Part shown: positions 49,210 through 58,533 of the stretch, in pieces
How the letters are laid out: every line of letters begins with the position of its first letter
Numbering within the stretch: position 1 is the stretch's first letter
NCBI GenBank assembly: GCA_025351925.1
Contig: JANXVC010000105.1
Span: forward strand, 1-63,493
Source of the DNA: Rhodospirillales bacterium
Lineage (GTDB): Bacteria > Pseudomonadota > Alphaproteobacteria > Acetobacterales > Acetobacteraceae
Direction of reading: 5' to 3'
DNA length: 63,493 nt
Translations under genes and position numbers: made by a program
The notes under the pieces: generated by a model
Seen by the model: only the letters and a program-made list of their open reading frames with translations
Database searches by the model: none
What the model was told of the DNA's origin: nothing

Positions 49210-49381
49210 CAGTATCCCCTGGGCTGGTACCTTCGGCTGGTACGGCCTCCGCTCCGGTCTCACCTTCGGCTTTACGGCGTGCTGCGGCCTCTTCTTTGTC
49301 GCGCAGCTTCTCGTCTTTTTTGGCTTGCTTGGCGCGGTTCCGCTCGGCCCGCTGCATATTGTAGTTGGGCTTGAAGACCAT
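49199..49381 (-). CDS. Small basic hypothetical protein (60 aa)
   Basis: AAGGA RBS; MVFKPNYNMQRAERNRAKQAKKDEK. Confidence 0.75.
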   Translation of the reverse strand: MVFKPNYNMQRAERNRAKQAKKDEKLRDKEEAAARRKAEGETGAEAVPAEGTSPGDTDAA

Positions 49382-49420
49382 CGGGATTCCTTGCGGCGAA
49401 GGGTGGAAAAGGGCCGCGCT

Positions 49421-49615
49421 TCAGCTTTGGCCGAGCTGGCTTTCCCGCACGACGCGCTCATGACCGTCGCGGGAATTCTTGATGCGGTATTGCAGGTCCC
49501 GGGTCTCGCTGGGCATCTGCCGCACCACGGTGTAGCTCCCCCGCGGCGCATTGCCGTCGAATGCGCTGGGGGAGAACTCCACCTTTTGGCCGAATGCGAA
49601 CTTATGGGCTGCCAT
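49421..49615 (-). CDS. Small SH3-like hypothetical protein (64 aa)
   Basis: GGAGG RBS; HKFAFGQKV...YTVVRQMP...QYRIKN...ERVVRESQL. Confidence 0.75.
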   Translation of the reverse strand: MAAHKFAFGQKVEFSPSAFDGNAPRGSYTVVRQMPSETRDLQYRIKNSRDGHERVVRESQLGQS

Positions 49616-49664
49616 GCAGGTCGCCTCCGGCCGCTGCCACAAAGGCAGCTCTAGGGTTGATGGG

Positions 49665-49871
49665 CTATGCGGCTTGCAGGTTGACCGCGGAGGTCTTGCC
49701 CTGCTGGCCGCGCTCGAGCTCGAAGCTCAGCTTCTGGCCCTCGTTCAACGAGCCCATGCCGGCGCGCTCGACCGCAGAGATGTGCACGAACACGTCCTTA
49801 CTGCCGTCATCCGGCTGAATGAAACCGAAACCCTTTTGCGCATTGAACCACTTAACCGTTCCGACTGCCAT
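49665..49871 (-). CDS. cspA: Cold-shock protein
   Basis: [21 protein letters not shown]. Confidence 0.97.
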   Translation of the reverse strand: MAVGTVKWFNAQKGFGFIQPDDGSKDVFVHISAVERAGMGSLNEGQKLSFELERGQQGKTSAVNLQAA

Positions 49872-50071
49872 AGTATGCTCTCCATAGACACGGCGGCCCG
49901 CACGGTGCAGGCCGAATTACTTTTACATTAGGGAGCACCGGAAAAGCTGCGGACCCTGGAAACCGGGGTTCAACAAGCATCGATCCAAAGACTGGCTGGC
50001 CCAACACGAAAAGCGCCAGCGCTTACATGGACCTTTGATGCCCAGATGTAAAGCAGGCCGACACATTATGT

Positions 50072-51652
50072 TCAGATCGGCAACGCTCTCTGTCCGGATC
50101 GAGTCGCACTATCCGCCGTCACCGCCGCCTCGCCGTCGCCAAACCGCAGCCGCAGCCGAGCGCCCGGCGCCACCCGCGCCGCCGTCGTAATTGCCTGACC
50201 TCTCGCGTCAAGCACAAGGGCATAGCCGCGCGCCAGAACCGCGTCGATCGACACCGAGTCGAGGCGAGCCGACGTCCCGGCCAGCCGCGCCCGCGACTCG
50301 CGCAGGCCGCCCTGCAGCGGCGCCGGCGACAGCCTTCCCAGGACAGTGTTCGCACGCCCCCGGTGCCGCGCCGCTGCCTGACGCAGCCCGCTGCCGAGCC
50401 GAGACGCCGCCAGTTCGACCGCAGCCCGCCGCATCGCCGCGACGCCCTGCGGGTTGGGCACGCGCAGCTCAACCTGCACCAGGGCAGCCCGGCGGGCACG
50501 CACCAGGTTCGGCAGAGCCAGCACTAGGCGCAGGCTGCGGGCCTCGATCGCCTGATGCGCGGCGCGCATGGTGCCGGGCAGGTCCGGTATGCCGCGCTCC
50601 GCCTGGACCAGCGCAGCACGGCGGCTCGCCAAAAGGTTCGGCAGCGCAATCGCCAAGCGCTGCGCCCGGTCGTCCAGACGCTGCCGCGCCGCGCCCAGCA
50701 GGTTCGGTAGATCGGGCAGGCCGCGCTCGGCCCCGCTAAGACGGAGCCGCCGCTCCTGCGTCATCCGGTGCAGCCCGGCAGACAGCCGTGCCGCCTCCTG
50801 CGCGACATTCGCCAGCAGTTCGGCGCGCACCGGCACCGCCAGCTCGGCCGCCGCGGTCGGCGTCGGCGCACGGCGGTCGGCCGCGAGGTCGATCAGCGTG
50901 TGGTCCGTCTCGTGCCCCACCGCGGAGATCAGCGGGATGCGGCAGGCGCAGGCGGCGCGCACCACCGCCTCGTCGTTGAAGGCCATCAGGTCCTCCAGGC
51001 TGCCGCCGCCGCGCGCGACGATCAGCACGTCCGGCCGGGGCACCGCTCCGCCCGGCACGATGCGGTCGAAGCCGGCGATGGCGGCGGCGATGCGGACGGC
51101 CGCGCCCTCACCTTGCACCGGCACCGGCCACACCAGGATCGGACGCGGGAAACGCCGCAGGATCGTGGTCTTGATGTCCTGCAGCACCGCGCCCTGGGCC
51201 GAGGTCACCACGCCCACGACGGCGGGCAGCAGCGGGATGCGCCGCTTGCGCCCGCTGTCGAACAGCCCCTCTGCTACCAGGCGCGCGCGCAATGCCTCAA
51301 TCCGGGCCAGCAGCGCCCCGGCGCCGGCATAGTCCATGCGCTCGACGATCAACTGGTACGAGCTGCGCTCGCCGTAGGACGACACGCGGCCGGTCGCGAT
51401 GACCTCGACGCCGTTCTCGGGTACCAGGCCCAGGCGGGACACCGTGCCCTTCCAGACGACGCCGCTGATCTTGCCGCCCTCGTCCTTCAGCGAGAAATAC
51501 ATGTGGCCAGACGGGTAGCGTTTGTATTCGGTGATCTCCCCCCGCACCCGGACGCGGCCGAACGCGCCCTCCAGCGTGCGCTTCACCGCGCCAGAAATTT
51601 CGGAGACGGTGTATTCCGGGATGTTGGAGGCGGGTGCCGTCAGATCGTCCAT
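50072..51652 (-). CDS. xseA: Exodeoxyribonuclease VII large subunit
   Basis: SGHMYFSLKD, ARGGGSLEDL, SAVGHETD, APTPTAAAE, LARGYA. Confidence 0.96.
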   Translation of the reverse strand: MDDLTAPASNIPEYTVSEISGAVKRTLEGAFGRVRVRGEITEYKRYPSGHMYFSLKDEGGKISGVVWKGTVSRLGLVPENGVEVIATGRVSSYGERSSYQLIVERMDYAGAGALLARIEALRARLVAEGLFDSGRKRRIPLLPAVVGVVTSAQGAVLQDIKTTILRRFPRPILVWPVPVQGEGAAVRIAAAIAGFDRIVPGGAVPRPDVLIVARGGGSLEDLMAFNDEAVVRAACACRIPLISAVGHETDHTLIDLAADRRAPTPTAAAELAVPVRAELLANVAQEAARLSAGLHRMTQERRLRLSGAERGLPDLPNLLGAARQRLDDRAQRLAIALPNLLASRRAALVQAERGIPDLPGTMRAAHQAIEARSLRLVLALPNLVRARRAALVQVELRVPNPQGVAAMRRAAVELAASRLGSGLRQAAARHRGRANTVLGRLSPAPLQGGLRESRARLAGTSARLDSVSIDAVLARGYALVLDARGQAITTAARVAPGARLRLRFGDGEAAVTADSATRSGQRALPI

Positions 51653-51699
51653 GCGCTGAACCTATGCTACACGCGGGTAAGTTTGAAGCGGGGGGCGGG

Positions 51700-52962
51700 A
51701 TGCGGGTTCTTGTGGTCGGCTCGGGCGGTCGTGAGCACGCGCTGGCCTGGGCGTTGTCGGCGTCGCCGCTGCTGACCAAGCTGTGGGTGGCGCCGGGCAA
51801 CCCCGGCACCGCGCTGGTGGCGGAGAACGTTGGCATCGCAGCCCTGCACATCGAGCGGTTGGTGCAGTTCGCCCGGGAGCATGCAGTCGATTTGGTGGTG
51901 CCGGGTCCCGAGGGGCCGCTGGTCGCCGGCCTGGCGGACGCTATGGCGCAGGCCGGGATTTGCTGCATCGGGCCGACCGCCGCCGCGGCGCGGCTCGAGG
52001 GCAGCAAGGCGTTTGCCAAACAGCTTTGCAATGACGCCGGCATTCCCACCGCGTTGTGGGAGCAGTTTACCGATGTAGAGGAGGCCCGCGCCTTTATCCG
52101 CCGCCGCGGCGCGCCGGTCGTGGTGAAGGCGGACGGCCTCGCCTCGGGCAAGGGCGTCGTCGTGGCCGCTACGGTCGAGGCGGCCGAGGCGGCTCTCGAC
52201 GCCATCATGCGCGACCGCTCGTTCGGCGACAGCGGCGCCAGCGTGGTGATCGAGGAGTGCCTGATGGGCGAGGAGATCAGCCTGTTCGCGTTGTGCGACG
52301 GCACGGACGCGGTATTCCTGGGCGCGGCGCAGGACCACAAACGGCTGGGCGACGGCGATATTGGGCCGAATACCGGCGGCATGGGCGCATTGTCGCCGGT
52401 GCCGGGCTTCGATCCCGGCCCGGCGATGGACGGCTTCATCCGGCCCGCCTTGGCCGAGATGGCCCGCCGCGGCACGCCGTTCCGCGGCATCTTGTTCGCT
52501 GGATTGATGCTGACGGCAGACGGCGCGAAGCTGATCGAGTATAACGTGCGTTTTGGCGACCCGGAGTGCCAGGTGCTGCTGCCGCGGCTGCGCAGCGACC
52601 TGCTGCCGGCATTGCTGGCGGCCTGTGACGGCGAGCTGGGCCGGTTCGACCTGCGGTGGAACGCCGGCGCAGCGGTTGCGGTGGTCATGGCGGCGCCGGG
52701 CTACCCGGCGGCGCCGGAGCCGGGCTCAGACATCGGCGATCTCAGCGCCGCCGCAGCCGTGCCGGGCGCGTTGGTATTCCAGGCCGGCACGCGGCTCGAC
52801 AGTGGGCGTCTCCTCGCCGATGGCGGCCGGGTGCTGACGATCTGCGGCACCGGGGCTGACGCGGCGGCAGCGCGCGCAGTGGCGTATCAAGCGGTGGAAG
52901 CAGTGCCTTGGACGGAAGGTATCTACCGGACGGACATCGGGGTTCGGTCCCAATACAAGTAA
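51700..52962 (+). CDS. purD: Phosphoribosylamine-glycine ligase
   Basis: GSGGREHAL, LEGSK, KADGLASGKGV, QDHKR, GPNTGGMG, EYNVRFGDPE. Confidence 0.97.
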   Translation: MRVLVVGSGGREHALAWALSASPLLTKLWVAPGNPGTALVAENVGIAALHIERLVQFAREHAVDLVVPGPEGPLVAGLADAMAQAGICCIGPTAAAARLEGSKAFAKQLCNDAGIPTALWEQFTDVEEARAFIRRRGAPVVVKADGLASGKGVVVAATVEAAEAALDAIMRDRSFGDSGASVVIEECLMGEEISLFALCDGTDAVFLGAAQDHKRLGDGDIGPNTGGMGALSPVPGFDPGPAMDGFIRPALAEMARRGTPFRGILFAGLMLTADGAKLIEYNVRFGDPECQVLLPRLRSDLLPALLAACDGELGRFDLRWNAGAAVAVVMAAPGYPAAPEPGSDIGDLSAAAAVPGALVFQAGTRLDSGRLLADGGRVLTICGTGADAAAARAVAYQAVEAVPWTEGIYRTDIGVRSQYK

Positions 52963-53046
52963 AAGTGTGATCAGTTTTGACCCGGTTCGTTCTAATTTTC
53001 GTCAATACACGTTGCGGGCCGTTGCTGCTGAAGGGCGGGTAGGTTC

Positions 53047-54513
53047 ATGGGCGTCGAGACGAGTCTTTTGTCGCGTGCCGCGCCGAAACGGATTGCCGAC
53101 CTCAATGGTCCGCCCGGATGGCCGGTGTTGGGCAACCTGCTGCAGCTCGAACTATCGCAGATCCATGCACAGCTCGAAGGCTGGGCAAAAATTTATGGGC
53201 CGGTCTATCGCCTGCGGATCGGGCCGCGCGACGCCCTGGTGGTGGCTCGCCCCGACCTGATCGCCGGTATCCTGCGTGACCGCCCTGATGGCTGGAGCCG
53301 CCTTCGGACCATGCAGGCGGTGATCCATGAAATGGGCATTGACGGCGTATTTTCCGCCGAGGGCGAGGCCTGGCGTCGGCAGCGCCGGCTGGTTGCGGCA
53401 GCCTTCACGCCCAGCCACCTCAAACGCTATTTCCCGCTGATCGAGCGGATGACGGAACGCTTGAAGGAGCGGCTGGATTTGGCGGCGCGCACCGGTGCGT
53501 GGATCGAGCTGCAGACCATGCTCATGCGCTATTCCGTAGATGTGACGGCGAGCCTCGCTTTCGGGATCGACGTCAACACCATGCAGCAGGCCAACGGCGC
53601 GCTGCAGGAGCATTTGGACCAGGTGTTTCCGATGCTGATGCGCCGGATGAACGCGACGTTCCCGTACTGGCGCTATATCAAGCTGCCGGCGGACCGTGCG
53701 TTCGACCGGCACTTGGCAGCCGGGCATGCTGCGGTGAAAAATTTTGTGCAAATCGCCCGCGACCGCATCGCGGAGAACCCGGCCCTCGCCGAGCGTCCGA
53801 CCAATCTGCTGGAAGCCATGCTGACCGCGCGGGACGCCGATGGCGGGATGCTCAGTGAAGCCGAGGTAGCCGGCAACGTGTTCACGATGCTGCTGGCTGG
53901 CGAGGACACGACGGCGAATACTTTGGCCTGGACCCTTTATCTGCTGCACACGCATCCCCAGGCCTGGGATGCGGTCGTCGCGGAGGTGGATGCGTGCCTA
54001 GGGGCGGACGTTATTCCGCGCAATGTTCAGATGGCGGGCGGCCTTGCGACGATCGAGGACTGTTCGAACGAGTCGATGCGGCTGCGGCCAGTGGGACCGC
54101 TGGCCTATCTCGAGAACAACGTGCCGACCGAGATCGAGGGCGTGGCACTCCCGGCTGGGACATTCCTACTCGGCGTGATGCGCAGCGGAGCGGTGGACAC
54201 CAGCATCGCGGCCGACGCCGCTGACTTCCGGCCATCGCGTTGGCGCGTTGCGGCATCTGCCGCCGTTGAACCCGTTGGCAACGCCGGTGATCGTAAGCTG
54301 ATTGCGGCCTCTATGCCGTTCGGCGCCGGGCCACGGGTCTGTCCGGGCAGGTATCTTGCGATGCTGGAGATGAAAATGGTGCTCGCGACGATCGCGCGCA
54401 ACTACCAGTTGATCGAGGTCGGGACCGAGGACGGTGCGCCGCCGCGCGAGCACCTGGCTTTTACGATGGCGCCTGTAGGATTGCGCATGAAGATCAAAGC
54501 GCGGGCGAACTGA
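53047..54513 (+). CDS. Cytochrome P450
   Basis: AGEDTT (I-helix), ESMR (ExxR), FGAGPRVCPG haem-thiolate motif. Confidence 0.95.
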   Translation: MGVETSLLSRAAPKRIADLNGPPGWPVLGNLLQLELSQIHAQLEGWAKIYGPVYRLRIGPRDALVVARPDLIAGILRDRPDGWSRLRTMQAVIHEMGIDGVFSAEGEAWRRQRRLVAAAFTPSHLKRYFPLIERMTERLKERLDLAARTGAWIELQTMLMRYSVDVTASLAFGIDVNTMQQANGALQEHLDQVFPMLMRRMNATFPYWRYIKLPADRAFDRHLAAGHAAVKNFVQIARDRIAENPALAERPTNLLEAMLTARDADGGMLSEAEVAGNVFTMLLAGEDTTANTLAWTLYLLHTHPQAWDAVVAEVDACLGADVIPRNVQMAGGLATIEDCSNESMRLRPVGPLAYLENNVPTEIEGVALPAGTFLLGVMRSGAVDTSIAADAADFRPSRWRVAASAAVEPVGNAGDRKLIAASMPFGAGPRVCPGRYLAMLEMKMVLATIARNYQLIEVGTEDGAPPREHLAFTMAPVGLRMKIKARAN

Positions 54514-54554
54514 CGAACAAGACCGCTGAATGGGAGAGGTCGCGCTACTCGCCG

Positions 54555-54998
54555 TTAGCCTCGCAGCTCTCGAAAAAAGTCCCGCAGCAACGCCCCGCAC
54601 TCCGTCTCCCGCACGCCGCCCACAACCTCCGGCCGGTGCAGGCATCCCGGTGCGCTGAACACCCGCGGCCCGTGCTCGATCCCGCCGCCCTTCGGATCAT
54701 AGGCGCCAAACACCACCTGTCGGATGCGGAAATGCACCAAAGCGGCGGCGCACATCGGGCAGGGCTCGAGCGTCACCACCAGGTCGCAGCCAACCAGCCG
54801 CGGCGTGCCCAGAAGCCGCGCCGCTTCCCGGAGCGCCAGCAGCTCAGCATGCGCGCTGGCGTCCCGGTCCGCCTCCGTCCGGTTGCCCGCCCGCGCCAGC
54901 ACCGTCCCATCCGGCCCGAACACCACGGCGCCGACCGGAACCTCGCCCTGCGCCGCCGCCGCCCGGGCCTCCGCCAGCGCCTGGTCCATAGGGGTCAT
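54555..54998 (-). CDS. tadA: tRNA adenosine deaminase
   Basis: GEVPVGA, AHAE, TLEPCPMC, GAYDPKGG. Confidence 0.9.
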   Translation of the reverse strand: MTPMDQALAEARAAAAQGEVPVGAVVFGPDGTVLARAGNRTEADRDASAHAELLALREAARLLGTPRLVGCDLVVTLEPCPMCAAALVHFRIRQVVFGAYDPKGGGIEHGPRVFSAPGCLHRPEVVGGVRETECGALLRDFFRELRG

Positions 54999-55043
54999 CC
55001 GGCCTGCTTGCTCCCGATCCCCAAGCGGGTCTAGTCACGCGCC

Positions 55044-55766
55044 ATGACCGCACGCATCAGACCCCTCATCGGCGTGACCCTGGATGCAGAGCCGCCCGGC
55101 GGATACTCCAAATACCCCTGGTATGCCCTCCGCGCCAACTACGCCCAGGCGATCGCCGGCAGCGGCGGCCTGCCGGTGGCGCTGCCGCACGACCCTGGCT
55201 TTGCTGCGGACTACCTCGACCGCATCGACGCCCTGGTCGTCACCGGCGGCGCCTTCGACGTGGACCCGGCGCTGTATGGCGACACCGAGCGGCACGCGAC
55301 CGTCACGCTGAAGGAGACTCGCACCGCCTCCGAGCTCGCTTTGGTACGCGGCGCGCTGGCCCGCGACATGCCGGTGCTGGGCATCTGCGGCGGCGAGCAA
55401 TTGCTGGTCGTCGCACTCGGCGGCTCGCTGATGCAGCACATCCCGGACAGCGTTCCGGACGCGCTGGAGCACGAGCAGCCCAACCCGCGCGACGAACCCG
55501 GCCACTCCATCGCGCTCGTGCCGGGCAGCCTGCTGCACCGGATCGTCGGCGCCCCGACCATGCAGGTGAACTCCGCGCATCATCAGGCAATCCGGGACGT
55601 GGGACGCTGGGTCACGGTGAACGCGACCGCGCCGGACGGCGTGATCGAGGGGATCGAGGACGCGCGCTATACCTTCTGCCTTGGCGTGCAGTGGCATCCG
55701 GAGTTCCTGATCGACCCCGGCGACAAGCGCATCCTCGACGCCCTGGTCGCGGCAGCCGGGGGATGA
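55044..55766 (+). CDS. Peptidase C26 / PuuD-like glutamine amidotransferase
   Basis: TGGAFDVDP, LGICGG, VNSAHHQ, GVQWHPE. Confidence 0.9.
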   Translation: MTARIRPLIGVTLDAEPPGGYSKYPWYALRANYAQAIAGSGGLPVALPHDPGFAADYLDRIDALVVTGGAFDVDPALYGDTERHATVTLKETRTASELALVRGALARDMPVLGICGGEQLLVVALGGSLMQHIPDSVPDALEHEQPNPRDEPGHSIALVPGSLLHRIVGAPTMQVNSAHHQAIRDVGRWVTVNATAPDGVIEGIEDARYTFCLGVQWHPEFLIDPGDKRILDALVAAAGG

Positions 55767-56575
55767 CGGGGGAGGGCCCGGCCGACGGGGATGCGACCAA
55801 GGCGGGGGCGGTCCGCGGCGAGCGCATCGCCAAATGGCTCGCCCGCGCCGGCGTCGCCAGCCGGCGTGACGCGGAGAAACTGCTGGCCGACGGCGTTATT
55901 ATGGTAAATGGCGCGGTGGTGACGCATCCCGCCACCTTCATCGATCCCGACGATATCGTGCAGCTGCGCGGCGCCGTGGTCGATGCACCCGACCGGACCC
56001 GGCTGTGGCGCTATCACAAGCCCGAGGGCCTCGTGACCACCCATCGCGATCCGCAGGGCCGGCCCACCGTGTTCGACAAGCTGCCGCCCGGGCTGCCCCG
56101 CGTCGTCAGCATCGGCCGACTGGACCTCAACAGCGAGGGGCTGCTGCTGCTCACCAATGACGGCGCGCTGGCCCGGCGGCTGGAGCTGCCGGCCAATGGC
56201 TGGATCCGCCGCTACCGTGTCCGGGTCTATGGCGCGATCGACAACCGGAGCTTAGGCAATTTGGTCCGCGGCGTGACCGTCGAGGGCGTGCGCTACGGCC
56301 CGATTGAGGCGATGCTCGACGCCCGCACCGGCACCAACGCGTGGCTGAGCGTCGCGCTGAAGGAGGGCCGCAACCGCGAGGTGCGCAAGGTCATGGCGCA
56401 TTTGGGCCTGCAGGTCACCCGGCTGATCCGCGTCGCCTACGGCCCGTTCCAGCTCGGCAACCTCGACCGCGGCGCTGTGGACGAGATCACCGGTAAGGTA
56501 TTGCGCGAACAGCTTTCCGAAGCGGTCAAGCCGGAGGTGACACGGCCCAAGCCGCCGAGGCCGGGCCAGGCCTGA
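55763..56575 (+). CDS. rluB: rRNA pseudouridine synthase (RluB/RsuA family)
   Basis: S4 domain ERIAKWLARAGVASRR, GRLDLNSEGLLLLTNDG, EGRNREVR. Confidence 0.88.
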   Translation: MTGEGPADGDATKAGAVRGERIAKWLARAGVASRRDAEKLLADGVIMVNGAVVTHPATFIDPDDIVQLRGAVVDAPDRTRLWRYHKPEGLVTTHRDPQGRPTVFDKLPPGLPRVVSIGRLDLNSEGLLLLTNDGALARRLELPANGWIRRYRVRVYGAIDNRSLGNLVRGVTVEGVRYGPIEAMLDARTGTNAWLSVALKEGRNREVRKVMAHLGLQVTRLIRVAYGPFQLGNLDRGAVDEITGKVLREQLSEAVKPEVTRPKPPRPGQA

Positions 56576-56589
56576 CTCGTGCCGAGGCA

Positions 56590-57144
56590 ATGCGGATAGT
56601 CGCTGGCGCTTGGCGCGGCCGTGCGTTGTCGGCGCCGCCCGGCGAGGCGACGCGCCCGACCGCCGACCGGGTGCGCCAGGCGCTGTTCGACCGCCTGCTG
56701 CATGCGCCCTGGGCCGGGCGGGCGTGCATCGACGGCGTCCGGGTCGTGGACGCCTTTGCCGGCACTGGGGCATTGGGGCTTGAGGCGCTGTCGCGCGGGG
56801 TCGGACATGCGACGTTCCTGGAGAACGGGCGTGCGGCCCTTACGGCGCTGCGCGGCAATGTCGCCGCCTGCCGGGCGGAGGCACGCTGCACGATCCTGGC
56901 GGCTGACGCACTCCAGCCGCCGCCGGGGCAGGCTTGCGGGTTGCTGTTCCTCGATCCGCCGTATGGGCAGGACCTCGTTGCCCCGGCGCTGATTGCTCTG
57001 CAGGCAGCCGGCTGGATCGCGCCCGATGCGCTGATCGTGGCCGAGCTCGGCCGGAACGATACGCTGCCACGCCCGGACCCAGTGGATGACCGCCTGCAGG
57101 GTGCGGCGCGCGTGGTGGTGTGGCGCATGCAGCGGCATTGCTGA
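56590..57144 (+). CDS. rsmD: 16S rRNA m2G966 methyltransferase
   Basis: MRIVAG, TRPTADRVR, DAFAGTGALGLEALSRG, FLDPPY. Confidence 0.93.
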   Translation: MRIVAGAWRGRALSAPPGEATRPTADRVRQALFDRLLHAPWAGRACIDGVRVVDAFAGTGALGLEALSRGVGHATFLENGRAALTALRGNVAACRAEARCTILAADALQPPPGQACGLLFLDPPYGQDLVAPALIALQAAGWIAPDALIVAELGRNDTLPRPDPVDDRLQGAARVVVWRMQRHC

Positions 57145-57187
57145 TATGACGCTTTCACAGCAAAGTCGAAGGCCAAGTAGAACCCGG

Positions 57188-57215
57188 CGGGCGGGAAAGC
57201 ATCCGGCCCGTTTTT
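57188..57215 (+). terminator. Rho-independent terminator after rsmD
   Basis: CGGGCGGGA-AAGCA-TCCGGCCCG followed by TTTTT. Confidence 0.7.
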
Positions 57216-57327
57216 CCGCCAAACTGCGATCTGCCGGCTGGCGCGCTCTGTTATAGGAGAGCAACGTGGAACGAGACGGAGGGGACTCGTTCCGGGATTC
57301 CTGATCGATTAGCGGGAGATTGCTGCC

Positions 57328-58476
57328 ATGGAGCTACCGACCGAGCCAGTTGGGTCGCTGCCGCGTCCTGCGACGCTGCAGGCCGCCATCAAAGGTTTCG
57401 ACGAGGGGACCGTCACCCGGGCGCAGCTCACCGCCGAGCAGGACGCCGCCTGCCAGGACTCGGTCACCCGCATGGAGGCGACGGGATCGCCGATCGTGTC
57501 GGACGGCGAGCAGCGGGCATCGAGCTTTGCAACCTATCCGCTCACCGACACCTTGGCCGGAACCGGGCTTGCCGATCACCTGGCCGGCGACGGGCAGTAC
57601 TTCGCGATCTTCACCGACGGGCATCATCGCCAGCTGCCGCGCCTGACCGGCGGGCCGTTCCGCTACAAGACCTTCGCCGCCGACTATCTCGCCAAGGCCG
57701 TCCCGATGGCGCACAAGCCTTTGAAACAGGCGGTAATCGCGCCCTCCATGTTGGCGCTGCTGTACCCGCTGGACGGCGAGGTCGCGGGCTATAACCGCGA
57801 GCAGTTCCTGGCCGACCTCTGCGACGAGTGCGAGAAGGACATCCGCAAGTGCTTCGCCGCCGGGGCAGCCCGGGTATCGATCGACTTCACCGAGGGCCGG
57901 CTGGCCTGCCGCAACGATCCGAACAACCCGTGGACCGGGCGCGGCATGCTGGAGCACTTCATCGAGCTGAACAACCGCGTCATCAATCGATTCGACGCGG
58001 CCGAGCGCCGGAACATCGGCGTCCACACCTGCCCCGGCGGCGACTGCGACGCGACGCACAGCGCCGACGTGGACTACGCGGAGCTGCTGCCGAGCATGTT
58101 CAAGATGAACGCCGGCTATTTCCTGATGCAGCTCTCGAGCGAGCCCGACAAGGAGCGCGTCTATAAGCTGATCGGCGAGCATAGCCGGGCGGACGCCAAC
58201 GGGTTGCCGCAGGTCTGCTTTGTCGGCGTGATCAACCCGCAGAACCCGCGGGTCGAAACGGCGGACGAGGTGTGCGACGCCCTAATGAGCGCGTCGAGGC
58301 ACATCCCCAAGGAGCGTCTCGGCTCCACCGACGACTGCGGCTTCTCGCCGTTCAGCGTCGATGTGAAGCCGAAACACGGCTCGCCCGACATCGCGCGGGA
58401 TATTGCTTTCCAGAAGATTGCTGAGCGGGTGAAGGGCACCAGGCTGGCGTCTGAGAGGCTTGGGCTTTCCGGCTAG
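57328..58476 (+). CDS. Cobalamin-independent methionine synthase II family (core MetE-like) protein
   Basis: VGSLPRP, VSDGEQR, HTC zinc motif, VGVINP, DDCGF. Confidence 0.85.
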   Translation: MELPTEPVGSLPRPATLQAAIKGFDEGTVTRAQLTAEQDAACQDSVTRMEATGSPIVSDGEQRASSFATYPLTDTLAGTGLADHLAGDGQYFAIFTDGHHRQLPRLTGGPFRYKTFAADYLAKAVPMAHKPLKQAVIAPSMLALLYPLDGEVAGYNREQFLADLCDECEKDIRKCFAAGAARVSIDFTEGRLACRNDPNNPWTGRGMLEHFIELNNRVINRFDAAERRNIGVHTCPGGDCDATHSADVDYAELLPSMFKMNAGYFLMQLSSEPDKERVYKLIGEHSRADANGLPQVCFVGVINPQNPRVETADEVCDALMSASRHIPKERLGSTDDCGFSPFSVDVKPKHGSPDIARDIAFQKIAERVKGTRLASERLGLSG

Positions 58477-58533
58477 CGGCTGAGGCTCACCAGCGAATGC
58501 CCGCCGGGATCATCGCAAAAGGCCCGATGGGCG

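Noticed and set aside
48952-49551. 199-aa ORF as listed in the track
   Set aside because: The upstream part overlaps two better-supported small genes; only the last 85 codons look real.
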